Origin: Epithemia pelagica
Taxonomy: Eukaryota > Protista > Bacillariophyta
Reading direction: 5' to 3'
Assembly (NCBI GenBank): GCA_946965045.2
Contig: OX337236.1
Location: 2,728,001-2,792,000 of the forward strand
DNA length: 64,000 nt
Shown: positions 45,621 through 56,196 of the stretch, one piece after another
Numbering within the stretch: position 1 is the stretch's first letter
How the letters are laid out: each line of letters opens with the position of its first letter
Made by a program: the position numbers and the translations under genes
The notes under the pieces: generated by a model
What the model saw: the letters and a program-made list of their open reading frames with translations, nothing else
What the model was told of the DNA's origin: nothing
Databases searched by the model: none

Positions 45621-48600
45621 AGGATGACCCTGATGCAGAGTCGTTGGAGCGTGAGAAGAGCTCACTCTTCTTGGGTTCAGCATCTTTGCAACGACTACGA
45701 GACGAGTTCAAGATCGCAACGACTTTAGCTAGCTTATATCTGCCTTAGTTCATCTTCATCATGACTTTTACCGGTTCCCCTCCTTTCCTTGAGGATCTTT
45801 TTGGTAAGACGACGACGTCGACGAAAGGATCTGATCCCCCTGCTCCTTCTTCATCTACTCCCGGGACGGCGGTTGTCTCCCAACCTGATGACCCGAACGG
45901 CGATCGAAAGCCTTCCGCCTCCGACAAGTCTACCCTCAAGGATGATGCTAAAGATGACGACATTTCGGTTGATTCTGACGCTGACCTCCAGGAGAAAGCC
46001 TTCTTGGATGTTGTTGCCTCCAAGTCCGAGTTCCCGTTCCAGACCGACAAGAAACTCAAGGCTCCGCCTCCTCCAGCTTGCAAGACTTCTGCTTCTCGTC
46101 TCGACAAAGATGCTCCTCCAGATGCTCTTGATAAGGATGGTTTCATCCTGGTTGACGATGAAATCGGTGACGACGCCATCAACGACAATCTGTCCTCCTC
46201 CTTTCGTGCAGGCGCCTATCGTCACAAATTTTACTTCACTCAAGATTTTCATTTGCTCGGGAACAAGTCTTTGGAGCACGTCTTCTCCAAACTGGAGAAA
46301 GTCGACCCTATCGACTGGTGCGATTCTTTTCTCCAGCCGTTTCATGTCGCTCTAACTCGTGATCCTACTTTGTGGTCGCAAGTATACTCTAGTTTTAATC
46401 GTCTGTCCTCTTCTGACGATCTACATGTTTGGTTGACCTCAAAGATGAGAGGAAACCCTTTAGCCTTTCTGGGTTTGTCTCGTGGTGATCGCCCCCTTCT
46501 TTTTCACAACCTCCGTTGCCCTGCAGATTGCGGGACGATTGTCGAACCTGAAACGATCTTCTACGGACTCAACCGCATCTCCTTTGAAACTATGCCCTTC
46601 CAGATTGAGAGTGATGATATCCCTCTACTTTTGAGTGATCATGTCTTTTCCCAAGTCCCCACCTTTGCGGAGATCCTTGAGCATTGTGTTGTTGAAATCA
46701 AAGACTTCTCCCCTTCTTCGTCTTTTCCCCATCTTTCGTTTGATCCCTCCAAGTTTGAGACATTCACCTCCTCGTCATCTTCCTCCAACGAATCAAAATC
46801 CAGTCGGGAATTCTACTGCTCAAGTTTGTGCCTCATCCCACCGTGCTTGTCTGGATTGTTGCTTCATAACACCGACTCTTCACGCGTCTCTTTCGAAGAC
46901 ATCGCTAGCGGATTATACAAGGTAGCCTTATTCCATTGGTGGGAAGCCTCCCGAGATCTTCCCACCGATACCAAGAAACAAGGTATGCCTCTTGATTACC
47001 CTCTTCTTCAGATTCAAGAACCCATTCTCCGTTTCCGTTGGGTTGTGCTTCATCGTCGGGACTCTCCGAAGCTGCAATCGATCTTTCCCTCGATCCCCAA
47101 GGATCCGTCCAAAGCGGACAATGCATTGTTGGATCATCGCTCTCGCATCTTTCCCGCTCTCAGCACTAAGCACCCCCAAGAACAGCAGTCCTCTTCTCGA
47201 CGCCCATCCCTCCGTCGAGGATCCAATTCAAGTGTGCATTTTCGGTCACCCTCACCGGTTGAATGTTTGCCTCCTTCCCAAGATTCTTCTTCTTCGAACA
47301 ATCGTTCCTCCTCTCAAGGTGGCGTCCGAATGTTAGACGATGAAGGGAATGTACCTTTTGTTTCACCAGAAATGTTCTTACTCTCAAAATGTATCAAGGA
47401 GGTGACCTCCAAGAAGAGCGGCAACGAAGACGACATCACTGCTCCCGAGTCCAAGAGCATGTTCCAAGACATGCCCTTGAACGCCCAGAAACAATTGCGT
47501 TTGGGCTCCATCACTCTGTCCGCATCGTCTCTCCCCGAAGAACTTTCTCCAATCATCAAGATTGTGTGGAAATCGAAAAACTCCGCAACCTTTTTCGAAT
47601 CATTCCTTGCAGAGGTGTTTGATCCATCCGACAACGCTTGCACTATCCTCTTTGGACAGTGCACCGGCGTGATTCAGAGACTTGGCCTCCTATGGAAATC
47701 TGAGGCTTCTTGCCCAGGCGGATTCAGCCCGTGCTCATTTGATCCTTACGCCATCCCAGGCCTGGATTCCAACAACACCCTTGACAAGAACATTAGCCAG
47801 CAAATCCATGATGCTTCAATGTGTCACCTAAACGACATGAAGCAATCGAAGGAAATGCAACAGCTTTACTCCGACCATAACCTCTTCTTTCCCAGGACGG
47901 CCGACGAATTCGAAAAACAGCTTCGATCCTTTTGGGCCTGTGCCAAAGGACTTTGTGGTGCCTCTTCGGTTATTGCGAATCAAATTCTCAAAGTGTTGAA
48001 TTTTTATCACCAGTTCCGTACCAAGATCATGGCGAAACAACAGAGCTCCAGCAATGACTTTTACTTCGGCCAATTTCTCTTCGCCATTGATGAAGCTGTC
48101 CAAGAATTTGTGGCCACCCTTTCCAGTGCCTCATCCATCAGTGACATTGGTTTTCGTGACTTCGAGGAACAAGTGAATTGGATTTTATTTACTGTGAAGA
48201 CTGGTTCGACCTTGGTCTCTCTCCCTCCAGTCCTTCAAGCCAAGTTCCAAGTAAATCAACGAAAACATTCTTCCAAGAATGTTATGCGCGTCTTTCCTCC
48301 AAGTGTTCTCACAAAGATCCCTTTCATTGAAAAGAATGGCAAGAAGCAACATTTTTGCAATATTCTCTTCACGAAAGGAATTTGTGAGAAAGGGAAGAAG
48401 TGCAAGTTCCTCCATGACGATCCCAGCAAACACGACAAGAAAGCGGAGATGGACGAGTTTTACCGATCCGCGTACGCCAACGCCAATAGCAATTGACGCC
48501 AGGACGGGTTGATTGTTGCCTCCTCTTCGATTCCTTCTCCTTTGTTGCGAGACGACTCTCAACCCACCAATAATAGTAAAATTATAGTTGCAGAGTCTTC

Positions 48601-49253
48601 TCACTTGAAGCCTTTTGCTCCACCTCCGCCACTTTCATCCGACATTGTTCCATCCTTTCTCCCTCCATTGGCGACACGTTGTTGCGAAAGCCCAAACCTC
48701 GCGGACGCGGATGCGCATCCTCGATGCATGCTTGTTGCAAGACCAGTAAAAACTTGTTCCCGACCAAAACAGTAAGGTTACACACACAAGCCAAAATGCG
48801 CGATACAAAGAACGTACAATACATAATATACGCCTCATGCCCCATTGCCTTATCAAGACCAAAAGTGTACAAGCTGAGTTCAGGGAGTGTGTTCCTGTCG
48901 TAGACTCCTGTACAATTATTACTACAAGAACAATCCTCGATAGCGTTATGTGGTATTAGTGTCCGACTAGCGACTTCCCAGTGGCTTTAATAAGTATTTT
49001 ATTATCTGTAATCTGTAGTGTTATGTGTGACTTCTTCCGAACGCTAGAATTTCGTCAAAAATTACGGTTGACTGTTGACCATGGTGAAGGGCCATCTCAA
49101 CCGCGTACCTTGTTGCCGAGCTGTATCGAGGTGCCTCAGGGTGTTGTTAGGCCATCACCAATGGGGCAACAAGGTATGCGGTTGGCATCATCCTCATTAA
49201 CGTGATCATCGGACGCACCCCACACACGATAGTCTCGTACAAAACGAAGTTTT
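45621..49253 (+). mobile_element. 3.6-kb gag-only tyrosine-recombinase-type retroelement, copy B
   Basis: GAAGTTTT at 45613-45620 and 49246-49253, one 911-aa ORF and a 3' stem-loop. Class inferred. Confidence 0.55.
45761..48496 (+). CDS. 911-aa gag-like protein with C-terminal CCCH zinc finger
   Basis: Uninterrupted ORF ending CNILFTKGICEKGKKCKFLH (C-x8-C-x5-C-x3-H). Ser/acidic low-complexity linkers. Confidence 0.75.
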   Translation: MTFTGSPPFLEDLFGKTTTSTKGSDPPAPSSSTPGTAVVSQPDDPNGDRKPSASDKSTLKDDAKDDDISVDSDADLQEKAFLDVVASKSEFPFQTDKKLKAPPPPACKTSASRLDKDAPPDALDKDGFILVDDEIGDDAINDNLSSSFRAGAYRHKFYFTQDFHLLGNKSLEHVFSKLEKVDPIDWCDSFLQPFHVALTRDPTLWSQVYSSFNRLSSSDDLHVWLTSKMRGNPLAFLGLSRGDRPLLFHNLRCPADCGTIVEPETIFYGLNRISFETMPFQIESDDIPLLLSDHVFSQVPTFAEILEHCVVEIKDFSPSSSFPHLSFDPSKFETFTSSSSSSNESKSSREFYCSSLCLIPPCLSGLLLHNTDSSRVSFEDIASGLYKVALFHWWEASRDLPTDTKKQGMPLDYPLLQIQEPILRFRWVVLHRRDSPKLQSIFPSIPKDPSKADNALLDHRSRIFPALSTKHPQEQQSSSRRPSLRRGSNSSVHFRSPSPVECLPPSQDSSSSNNRSSSQGGVRMLDDEGNVPFVSPEMFLLSKCIKEVTSKKSGNEDDITAPESKSMFQDMPLNAQKQLRLGSITLSASSLPEELSPIIKIVWKSKNSATFFESFLAEVFDPSDNACTILFGQCTGVIQRLGLLWKSEASCPGGFSPCSFDPYAIPGLDSNNTLDKNISQQIHDASMCHLNDMKQSKEMQQLYSDHNLFFPRTADEFEKQLRSFWACAKGLCGASSVIANQILKVLNFYHQFRTKIMAKQQSSSNDFYFGQFLFAIDEAVQEFVATLSSASSISDIGFRDFEEQVNWILFTVKTGSTLVSLPPVLQAKFQVNQRKHSSKNVMRVFPPSVLTKIPFIEKNGKKQHFCNILFTKGICEKGKKCKFLHDDPSKHDKKAEMDEFYRSAYANANSN

Positions 49254-49526
49254 TCTGGGGGGACGAGAGACGAGATTGTCGAGATGTTTCGGAAGCACTT
49301 TGCACAACAGAGGCATAATTATAAGGGCTATATTAAGAAGATGGCTGGCACGGTTTACGTAGATTTCCTACTGGAGCGCTACGACAGGAACATTCTGTCT
49401 GAACTCAGACGAAAGCCAAGAAAACGGTAAAACGCGTGGCGTGTCTCTTCAGCGAGGCTCCATCGTCATTTTTTCCATGTTTCCCCCCAACAGTCCACAC
49501 AAAAACCACCACAGGCGGAAAACACA

Positions 49527-51191
49527 ATGTACCGAAACAGTGTCCGGTTCAGTCTTTATTGGATGGCACTCAGTGTCCTTGTGAGTGTCCTGTTGATTCG
49601 CAGGTCTCTCCATGACGAAATGATTCCACAGCGGCACTTGGTGCCGTCGTTGTCGTCAGTCGATCTATCCTGGATAGTACCAACAGAGGACGACGAGTCT
49701 TTCGTCGACACCACCAAGAATGATTCCAAAATGGAGGTTACTCCTACTAAACTACAACCGTCATCATCACAATCATCTGTCGACATCAACCACCTCTCGA
49801 CAAGAACCACCAATCAAAGTTCGACATTTACGGCCCAACAACGCATCATGGCGGCGGCTCACTTCAGTTTGGCACGAAACCGACAACAACAACAACAACA
49901 ACAACATCTTATTCCTACTCCAAGAAACAGCAGTCAAAGTGTTTTCTTTACCACCATATACAACTTCAACAACAGGACCTGGGTGTTACCACAACAATGT
50001 GAATCTCGTTGTCACAGTACGGTCGATCCGAGTGGACCTTACTTGTTATCCAATAGTGCCTATGGAGAATTGGCCGACATTGATACCAACCATTGGAAAC
50101 CGGCACAAGCCTTGTTGGATTTTACCCAAAAGCAATTTTGGAATGAGTGTTTTCCACCCATTGTCAGTATCTACTTGTATACCATGCGAGATGTCAATCA
50201 CCTGTGGCGACAAATGACCATGTTTCCCGGAAATTTGAAACGGCCCTATATCATTTTGGCCACGGGATGGGTCATTGATTATTCACTTCCCTTTATGCAA
50301 CGGTTGTTGCAAGATCCGAATTTGATTCGCATTTATGCTTCCAGTGTCGAAGTGAATCGCGAGGATCTCTACCAAGTGGAAAAACTGTATACATTACCCC
50401 TTGGTTTGCTCGTCGATGTCATAACAAGCTTACGCCGGAATACTTTGTGCGTGGTTTCCGCGACCACAACAACTCCTGAAACAACCGACGAATCACCCCG
50501 TGTCCTAGAACAACAACAAGAAGCAGAACCACAACGATATACCAAGTTGTTGTTGGTCAATTTTTCTCCCTACAATTTCAAGGCCCAATTCCGCACGGAA
50601 CCCTTTCAACACTGTTGCAATAGTACCGAAACGGTGCGTCTCAATACCACCTGTACGGAAGGTGGCTTTTATGACTATGTGCCCAATCCCCGTGGGGGTG
50701 TCCGTCGGAAATACACTCCTACGGAATGGCAGCAAGCCAGTCGATCCGTCTATCGCGACTGGGCGCAACACAAGTATACCGTGGCCCCTCGAGGCCAAAA
50801 AGTGGATTGTTATCGCTTTTGGGAAAGCTTGTATGTAGGATCGGTACCAATCGTATGGCGCCAACATGCCTATTATCGAGACTTGTTGGATCGGTATTTT
50901 CATTTACCAGAAAAGAGGGTGCCCATTTTGTATGTCGACGATTGGCACAATATTACCAAGGACTATTTGGAACAAGAATGGCCGCGGTTTGCAAACATCT
51001 TGGCCCAACCGGAATGGCAAACATGGCCCCCCAAATACTTGACCATGGACTATGTGGAGGAGGAAATTCGACAAGCGGTGCAAAACGTGATGGAAACCCG
51101 AGGCGAAACCTTGTCGCCGGAAGGTACACAATACTACAATCCAGACGATCGGGATTGGTTCTGGAACAATCGCCATCGGTGTCATGAATAG
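49527..51191 (+). CDS. Exostosin/GT47-like glycosyltransferase, type II membrane (copy B, intact)
   Basis: N-terminal TM segment. KYTVAPRGQKVDCYRFWESLYVGSVPIV matches the exostosin C-terminal P.G..DC.R.WE.L..G.VP motif. Confidence 0.75.
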   Translation: MYRNSVRFSLYWMALSVLVSVLLIRRSLHDEMIPQRHLVPSLSSVDLSWIVPTEDDESFVDTTKNDSKMEVTPTKLQPSSSQSSVDINHLSTRTTNQSSTFTAQQRIMAAAHFSLARNRQQQQQQQHLIPTPRNSSQSVFFTTIYNFNNRTWVLPQQCESRCHSTVDPSGPYLLSNSAYGELADIDTNHWKPAQALLDFTQKQFWNECFPPIVSIYLYTMRDVNHLWRQMTMFPGNLKRPYIILATGWVIDYSLPFMQRLLQDPNLIRIYASSVEVNREDLYQVEKLYTLPLGLLVDVITSLRRNTLCVVSATTTTPETTDESPRVLEQQQEAEPQRYTKLLLVNFSPYNFKAQFRTEPFQHCCNSTETVRLNTTCTEGGFYDYVPNPRGGVRRKYTPTEWQQASRSVYRDWAQHKYTVAPRGQKVDCYRFWESLYVGSVPIVWRQHAYYRDLLDRYFHLPEKRVPILYVDDWHNITKDYLEQEWPRFANILAQPEWQTWPPKYLTMDYVEEEIRQAVQNVMETRGETLSPEGTQYYNPDDRDWFWNNRHRCHE

Positions 51192-51870
51192 AGAAGAAGG
51201 AAAAAAACATGAAGAAAAGGAATGTACCGTTTGGTGTGAACAACAAGGACGACGAGCGAAGCGCACATTCTCCACCCAGTCCCTTATCGGTCCTTCCTTT
51301 TTCGTACCAACAGAAGGAAGCTCTGTTACCAAGACCAGATACGCAGTCACTACCGATTCAACGATTGTGCAGCACTACTGTGATTCCATCGTGAATATTG
51401 CTCCAAATAGTAAGTACCATTGGAGTGTGTTGAGGAATCATGGAGGCGGTACAGATGTTAAGGATGCAGCAGCGACAAAACAGCGAGAAAATGATTTCGG
51501 CGCATGGAGGAACGTAAAGGAAACAAGCAAAACAACGACGATAGAAAAATCTCATTCTCTGAGGAGTGGATTTCGTGGTTTGCCTATACAGCAGCTTCAT
51601 GAGTCTCAACATAGAGCACCTGGATGATGCGATGAGAACCTACCACGGCGGCATAGCTCGAGCGGCAATTCAAGCGATGACCCAACTGCCAGCTTGGAAG
51701 AGGTCCATACGACGAGCTCGTAAACATAATCATCAATGGCCAGATAAATTGCGTCTCGAACAGTCGGTTCTCATTTCAGTTGTGACGACAAATAATGAAT
51801 TTGTGTTTTTACGCCTGAACTTGCTGATGGTAAGTAGCAAGCATATTTGAAGCACCTCCCTCTCCAAACT

Positions 51871-53049
51871 CTATTCCAGTACCTGATTTTCATATTCTCT
51901 CGCTGCTCTCCTTAGGTCAATGACAAAGTCTTCGACTGCGCCAGCCTCTAGATTGTCTAGAACGTATTCGGTGGTTCCGTTTTCTCCTGGTGTCCCCTTG
52001 CTCACCTTGAACAAAAATCCACGGAAAGGCAAAGTGATCGACCATGCTGCCTCATCGTTCCGTGCGTTTTCCCAGCGGTTCACATCCACGCCGACAAGCC
52101 GATCGGCTTTTCGCTGGAAGAAATCCTGCTTGTGGTCGTCTGAGAGATCTTGAGTGCCAAAACTAACTGCTTTCATGACAGTGATCGTATCGCTGTCTTC
52201 GTCTGCCTTTGCCCAGAGCACAGCGGCAGCTTCATACGTCGCACCACGCGAAGGTGGGTATAACTTCATGGCCAGAAACAACCGAACATACTTAGGTGTC
52301 ATGTAGGCCCGTCCCCGCTCCCTGATCTGGACGGGATCTCTATTGTCGTACTCGATCTCCCAAATGAACCGCGAGTATGGATTATTCTTGTTTGCCCTGT
52401 CTGCGTCTCGGCCGTTGTGATCTCGGTTCCCCTTGAACGGAAAAACACGTTTATCTGGCTGAAAGCTACCGTATCCTCCGGAGCTGAGACCTCCATAGGA
52501 CAAATACCTCCGCAAAAACTCGTTTGTAGTATGCCAGACACTCAGCATGGCAACAAACCAGGAGTCAACAGCTCCATGCTCGGGGCCAGGCATATACGTT
52601 ATGAACAGAGCCGATGTCTTGGCGGCACCAAGTTCGGGAAAGAGCAAGAAACGCGCCTTTCCAACTTCTTCGCCCGGCATCCATTCTTTGCCTACACCAG
52701 TCGCAACGAGCAACACCGCAGGTGTCGCAGTATTTGCTTGATTTGAACCATCACCGAATCGCCCCTTGTATTCCTTGAACGCGCTCTCGAGATGCGCCAT
52801 TGGTATGGTGCCGTCCTTTTTGGAGCAGATCCACGGAGAGTACTGATGGCCCTCCTTCAGATAGGATAACTTTGATCTCTTGAGCTCTTCGCCGAGCCAC
52901 TTCTCGGCCTCCATCTTGTGGCAGTCAACGATATCGAGAGCAGGGTCGTGGTGAGCACCGTCATCGTTCATGCCCCCCCCTTTCTGGCCAGTTGTGTTGG
53001 TAGTATTGTTGTCCCGTCCTCGATATTTGCCAGCAGTGGGCCTTGCCAT
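51871..53049 (-). CDS. Uma2/DUF820-like PD-(D/E)XK nuclease-fold protein, copy B
   Basis: ATG at 53049 is in frame (392 aa). Same catalytic-like motifs as copy A. Confidence 0.6.
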   Translation of the reverse strand: MARPTAGKYRGRDNNTTNTTGQKGGGMNDDGAHHDPALDIVDCHKMEAEKWLGEELKRSKLSYLKEGHQYSPWICSKKDGTIPMAHLESAFKEYKGRFGDGSNQANTATPAVLLVATGVGKEWMPGEEVGKARFLLFPELGAAKTSALFITYMPGPEHGAVDSWFVAMLSVWHTTNEFLRRYLSYGGLSSGGYGSFQPDKRVFPFKGNRDHNGRDADRANKNNPYSRFIWEIEYDNRDPVQIRERGRAYMTPKYVRLFLAMKLYPPSRGATYEAAAVLWAKADEDSDTITVMKAVSFGTQDLSDDHKQDFFQRKADRLVGVDVNRWENARNDEAAWSITLPFRGFLFKVSKGTPGENGTTEYVLDNLEAGAVEDFVIDLRRAAREYENQVLE

Positions 53050-53372
53050 GGCGTTCGTCGTTCCCGACAGCTCATATCCTGCAAGCAACGACGCAATGGT
53101 GACAAAAGAGGAAGCAAAGCAGACAACGAGCAAAAATGCCATCCAAGAAACGAAGAGCGACCAATCTGTTCCCGGGATCAGGGATTCCCGTTTTGGTCGC
53201 TCTTATTTATCAGTCGCACCTCTGTCCGTCAGGAGTCAGGATTCGCGACACACACCCTAGAGAGCGCAGGTGGTTTGAGGGTTAAGTCTCCCGCTGAGGG
53301 TTGCGAGACAAGAATGGGATAAGGATGTACAATCCAACGGCTACAATATTGTACTCCTAATACTCTTACATA

Positions 53373-53453
53373 CAGCCCCCAACGGGGGTGGTTTTGAGGG
53401 TTTATTGTCAGTGAACCAAATTAAACCCTCTTAGCCACCCCCGCTGGGGGGTG
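53373..53453. mobile_element. 81-bp MITE related to the CCCCC..GGGGGTG TIR family
   Basis: Imperfect 32-bp IR and an exact 10-bp TSD CTCTTACATA (53363-53372, 53454-53463). Confidence 0.88.
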
Positions 53454-53789
53454 CTCTTACATACATAAAATACGATTCCCCGTACGGTCGGGGTCGCTTG
53501 TGCATTGTGCATACGAGTACGGTCGGTTGTGGCAGTTGTAGGTTGTAGCGGAACATTTTTTTGAATTGATCCCTACTTACTGACCAACGGACGGTTTTAA
53601 CTTGTAATAACGGCTCGAAGGCAATCCTGGCGAGAGCCCACTCCTGTGCTTTCTCACTTTTTTGTTGTTTCGCAGTTTCCCCAATAAAAAAGGAAACAAA
53701 AAATACCGACCCACCCAGGTATTCGCACACACGAGAGAAACAAACCAAGATCCTACAATAAGGACCCGAAGAGGAGCTTCCTTGTCATT

Positions 53790-55444
53790 ATGGTATTGCG
53801 ACACAGTGTCCGATCCAGTGTGCTTTTGCCAATGGGACTCTGTGTCGTTTTCAATGTCCTTTCGATTCTCACGTCCCTCCATCATGAAATGACCCCATTC
53901 ACTAATCGACACCTGTCGTTGTTGTCGCCCATTGGCGACATGTCTTGGATGGAACCGAAGCCGAAGGAGGAGGAAGACAGCGAGTATATGTAAATTCACA
54001 AACCACAGGAAGAGATCTTTCGACAGGTATCAACAACAAGAGATATTTCGACAGGTACTGGGAGTACCGCTCAACAACACAGCATGATGACTGTCCATCA
54101 AAGTGTGGTGCAACAACAACAAGAAGACCAGCTGAGTGGAAAACCAAGGAAGAACGAGACAACAAGACCTGTTCCAATCACCAAGACTTGGGTCTTGCCA
54201 TCTCAATGTGAATCTTTATGTCACAATACGGTCGATCCTCGTACTGGTCGGTATCCTACTCGGGTGAGCCCCAGGGGACCCTATTTGCTATCCAATAGTG
54301 CCTATGGAGAATTGGCCGACATAGATTACAACAATTGGCCAGTGACACAACCTTTGATGAATGTTAGCCAAGCATCCTTTTGGAATAAGTGCTTTCCACC
54401 CATTGTCATTATCTACTTGTACACCATGCGAGATATACCGTCTTGCCTGGACATTTGAAACGACCCTATATCATTATGGCCACAGGATGGGTCATTGATT
54501 ATTCACGTCCCTTTATGCAAAAGTTGTTGCGAGATCCCAATCTCATTCGCATTTATTCTTCCAGTGTCGAATTGAATCGCGAGGATCTCTACCAAGTGGA
54601 AAAACTGTATACATTACCCCTTGGTTTGATTCGAGATTCAAACATGGATCAAGGGACTACTCTTGTCGATGTCATGACCAGTTTGCAAAAGACTTTTTCC
54701 GTTGTAACAACTCCTGCAGTTGCGGACCATCAAACACCCGACGAACCGTACCGTGTTCTACAACAACAAGAAGAAGCAGGACCACAACGATATACCAAAT
54801 TGTTACTGGTCAATTTTTCTCCCTACTATTTCAAGGCCAAATTCCGAACCGAACCCTTTCAACATTGTTGCAATAGTACCGAAACGACGCGTCTCAACAC
54901 CACGTGTACGGGCGGTGGCTTTTATGAATTTGTGCCCAATCCCCGTGGGGTTGTCCGTCGGAAATACACCCGTACGGAATGGCGGGGCGCCAGTCGATCC
55001 GTCTATCATGACTGGGCACAACACAAGTATACCGTGGCCCCTCGAGGCCAAAAAGTGGATTGTTATCGCTTTTGGGAAAGCATGTATGTAGGATCGGTCC
55101 CCATTGTCTGCCGTGGACATCAGTATTATCGAGACTTGTTGGAGCGGTATTTTCATTTATCGGAACACGAGGTTCCCATTTTGTATGTCGACCATTGGCA
55201 CAATATTACCAAGGACTATTTGGAACAAGAATGGCCACGCTTTGCACAAATCTTGGCCCAACCGGAATGGCAAACATGGCCCCCCAAGTACTTGACCATG
55301 GACTATGTGGAGGAAGACATTCGACAAGCGGTACAACACGTAATGGAAACCCGAGGCGAAACCTTATCGCCGGAAGGAACGCAATACTACAATCCAGACG
55401 ATCGGGATTGGTTCTGGAAAGATCGCCATCGGTGTCATGATTAG
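53790..55444 (+). pseudogene. Exostosin/GT47-like glycosyltransferase, older paralogue C, disrupted
   Basis: The N-terminus aligns with copy B. Stop at 53991-53993, and a 22-nt deletion near 54432 shifts the frame. The catalytic part (to 55444) is still open. Confidence 0.7.
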
Positions 55445-56196
55445 AGAAGAAAAACAAACGAACGGAATCCACATGAAGGAAAGGAATCTATTGTTTAGTG
55501 TAAACAACAAGGACGACCACCCGCGCCCACACTCTCTACCCAGTCTTTTGTCGGTCCTTCCTTTTGTGTACCAATAGAAGGAAGCTCTGCTACCAAAAAT
55601 AGATACGCAGTCACTACTCCTACTCACTACCGATTCAAAGATTATGCAGCAATATGTCTAGCCCGAAACTATCAAGTCAACCCTATTAGTGTGGAATGGA
55701 AACGAGTGAGGTGGTCGTTGCACTGTCCGTGTAATTTCTACTTGTTTTCAGCCACCACTAACCACGGCTGGTCCTTATCATCCTCCTCCTCCCGGATCTA
55801 CGCCACTCATGGCCCGTCCATATCCAGCAGCACCAGTCGCAATGCCCATTCTCGTAGTACCAACACCACCGGCACGAGCAGCCGCAGCACCCATGAGTCA
55901 TGATAGTGGTGGTGATTCGGAGCCACCGACCGAAGCGGACGAGTTAAAAATACTCCTAGATAAAAATACCTTATAGCTCTAGCAGGTAGAGATTTATTGC
56001 CTGGGGGCGAGCGACTCTCGAAGGAATGCAACGCGGCCCGTCATACCCTAACTCTAGTTTGGATTTGTCCCCTTGCATGACTGCGAAAGCGCGTTCAAAT
56101 CGAACGAAGAAAACAAGTCGCTTGAGAACAAAACGTCTAGGCTTGATCCTTTCTTCTATCACCACGATGCGTATTGGGCCTTGCTCGTTTACGAGC

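Larger units (their letters stand above)
42413..53160 (+). repeat. segmental duplication, copy B
   Basis: Near-identical to copy A without its three TE insertions. Homology ends after CGAAGAGCGA. Confidence 0.95.

Noticed and set aside
53990-54056. An intron rescuing GT47 paralogue C
   Set aside because: GT..AG candidates are 19-37 nt, or up to about 65 nt, shorter than the 83-151 nt introns seen here. The later 22-nt deletion would still shift the frame.
55780-55900. Gly/Ala-rich minus-strand mini-ORF (MGAAAARAGGVGTTRMG..)
   Set aside because: Only 38 codons, low complexity and no support.
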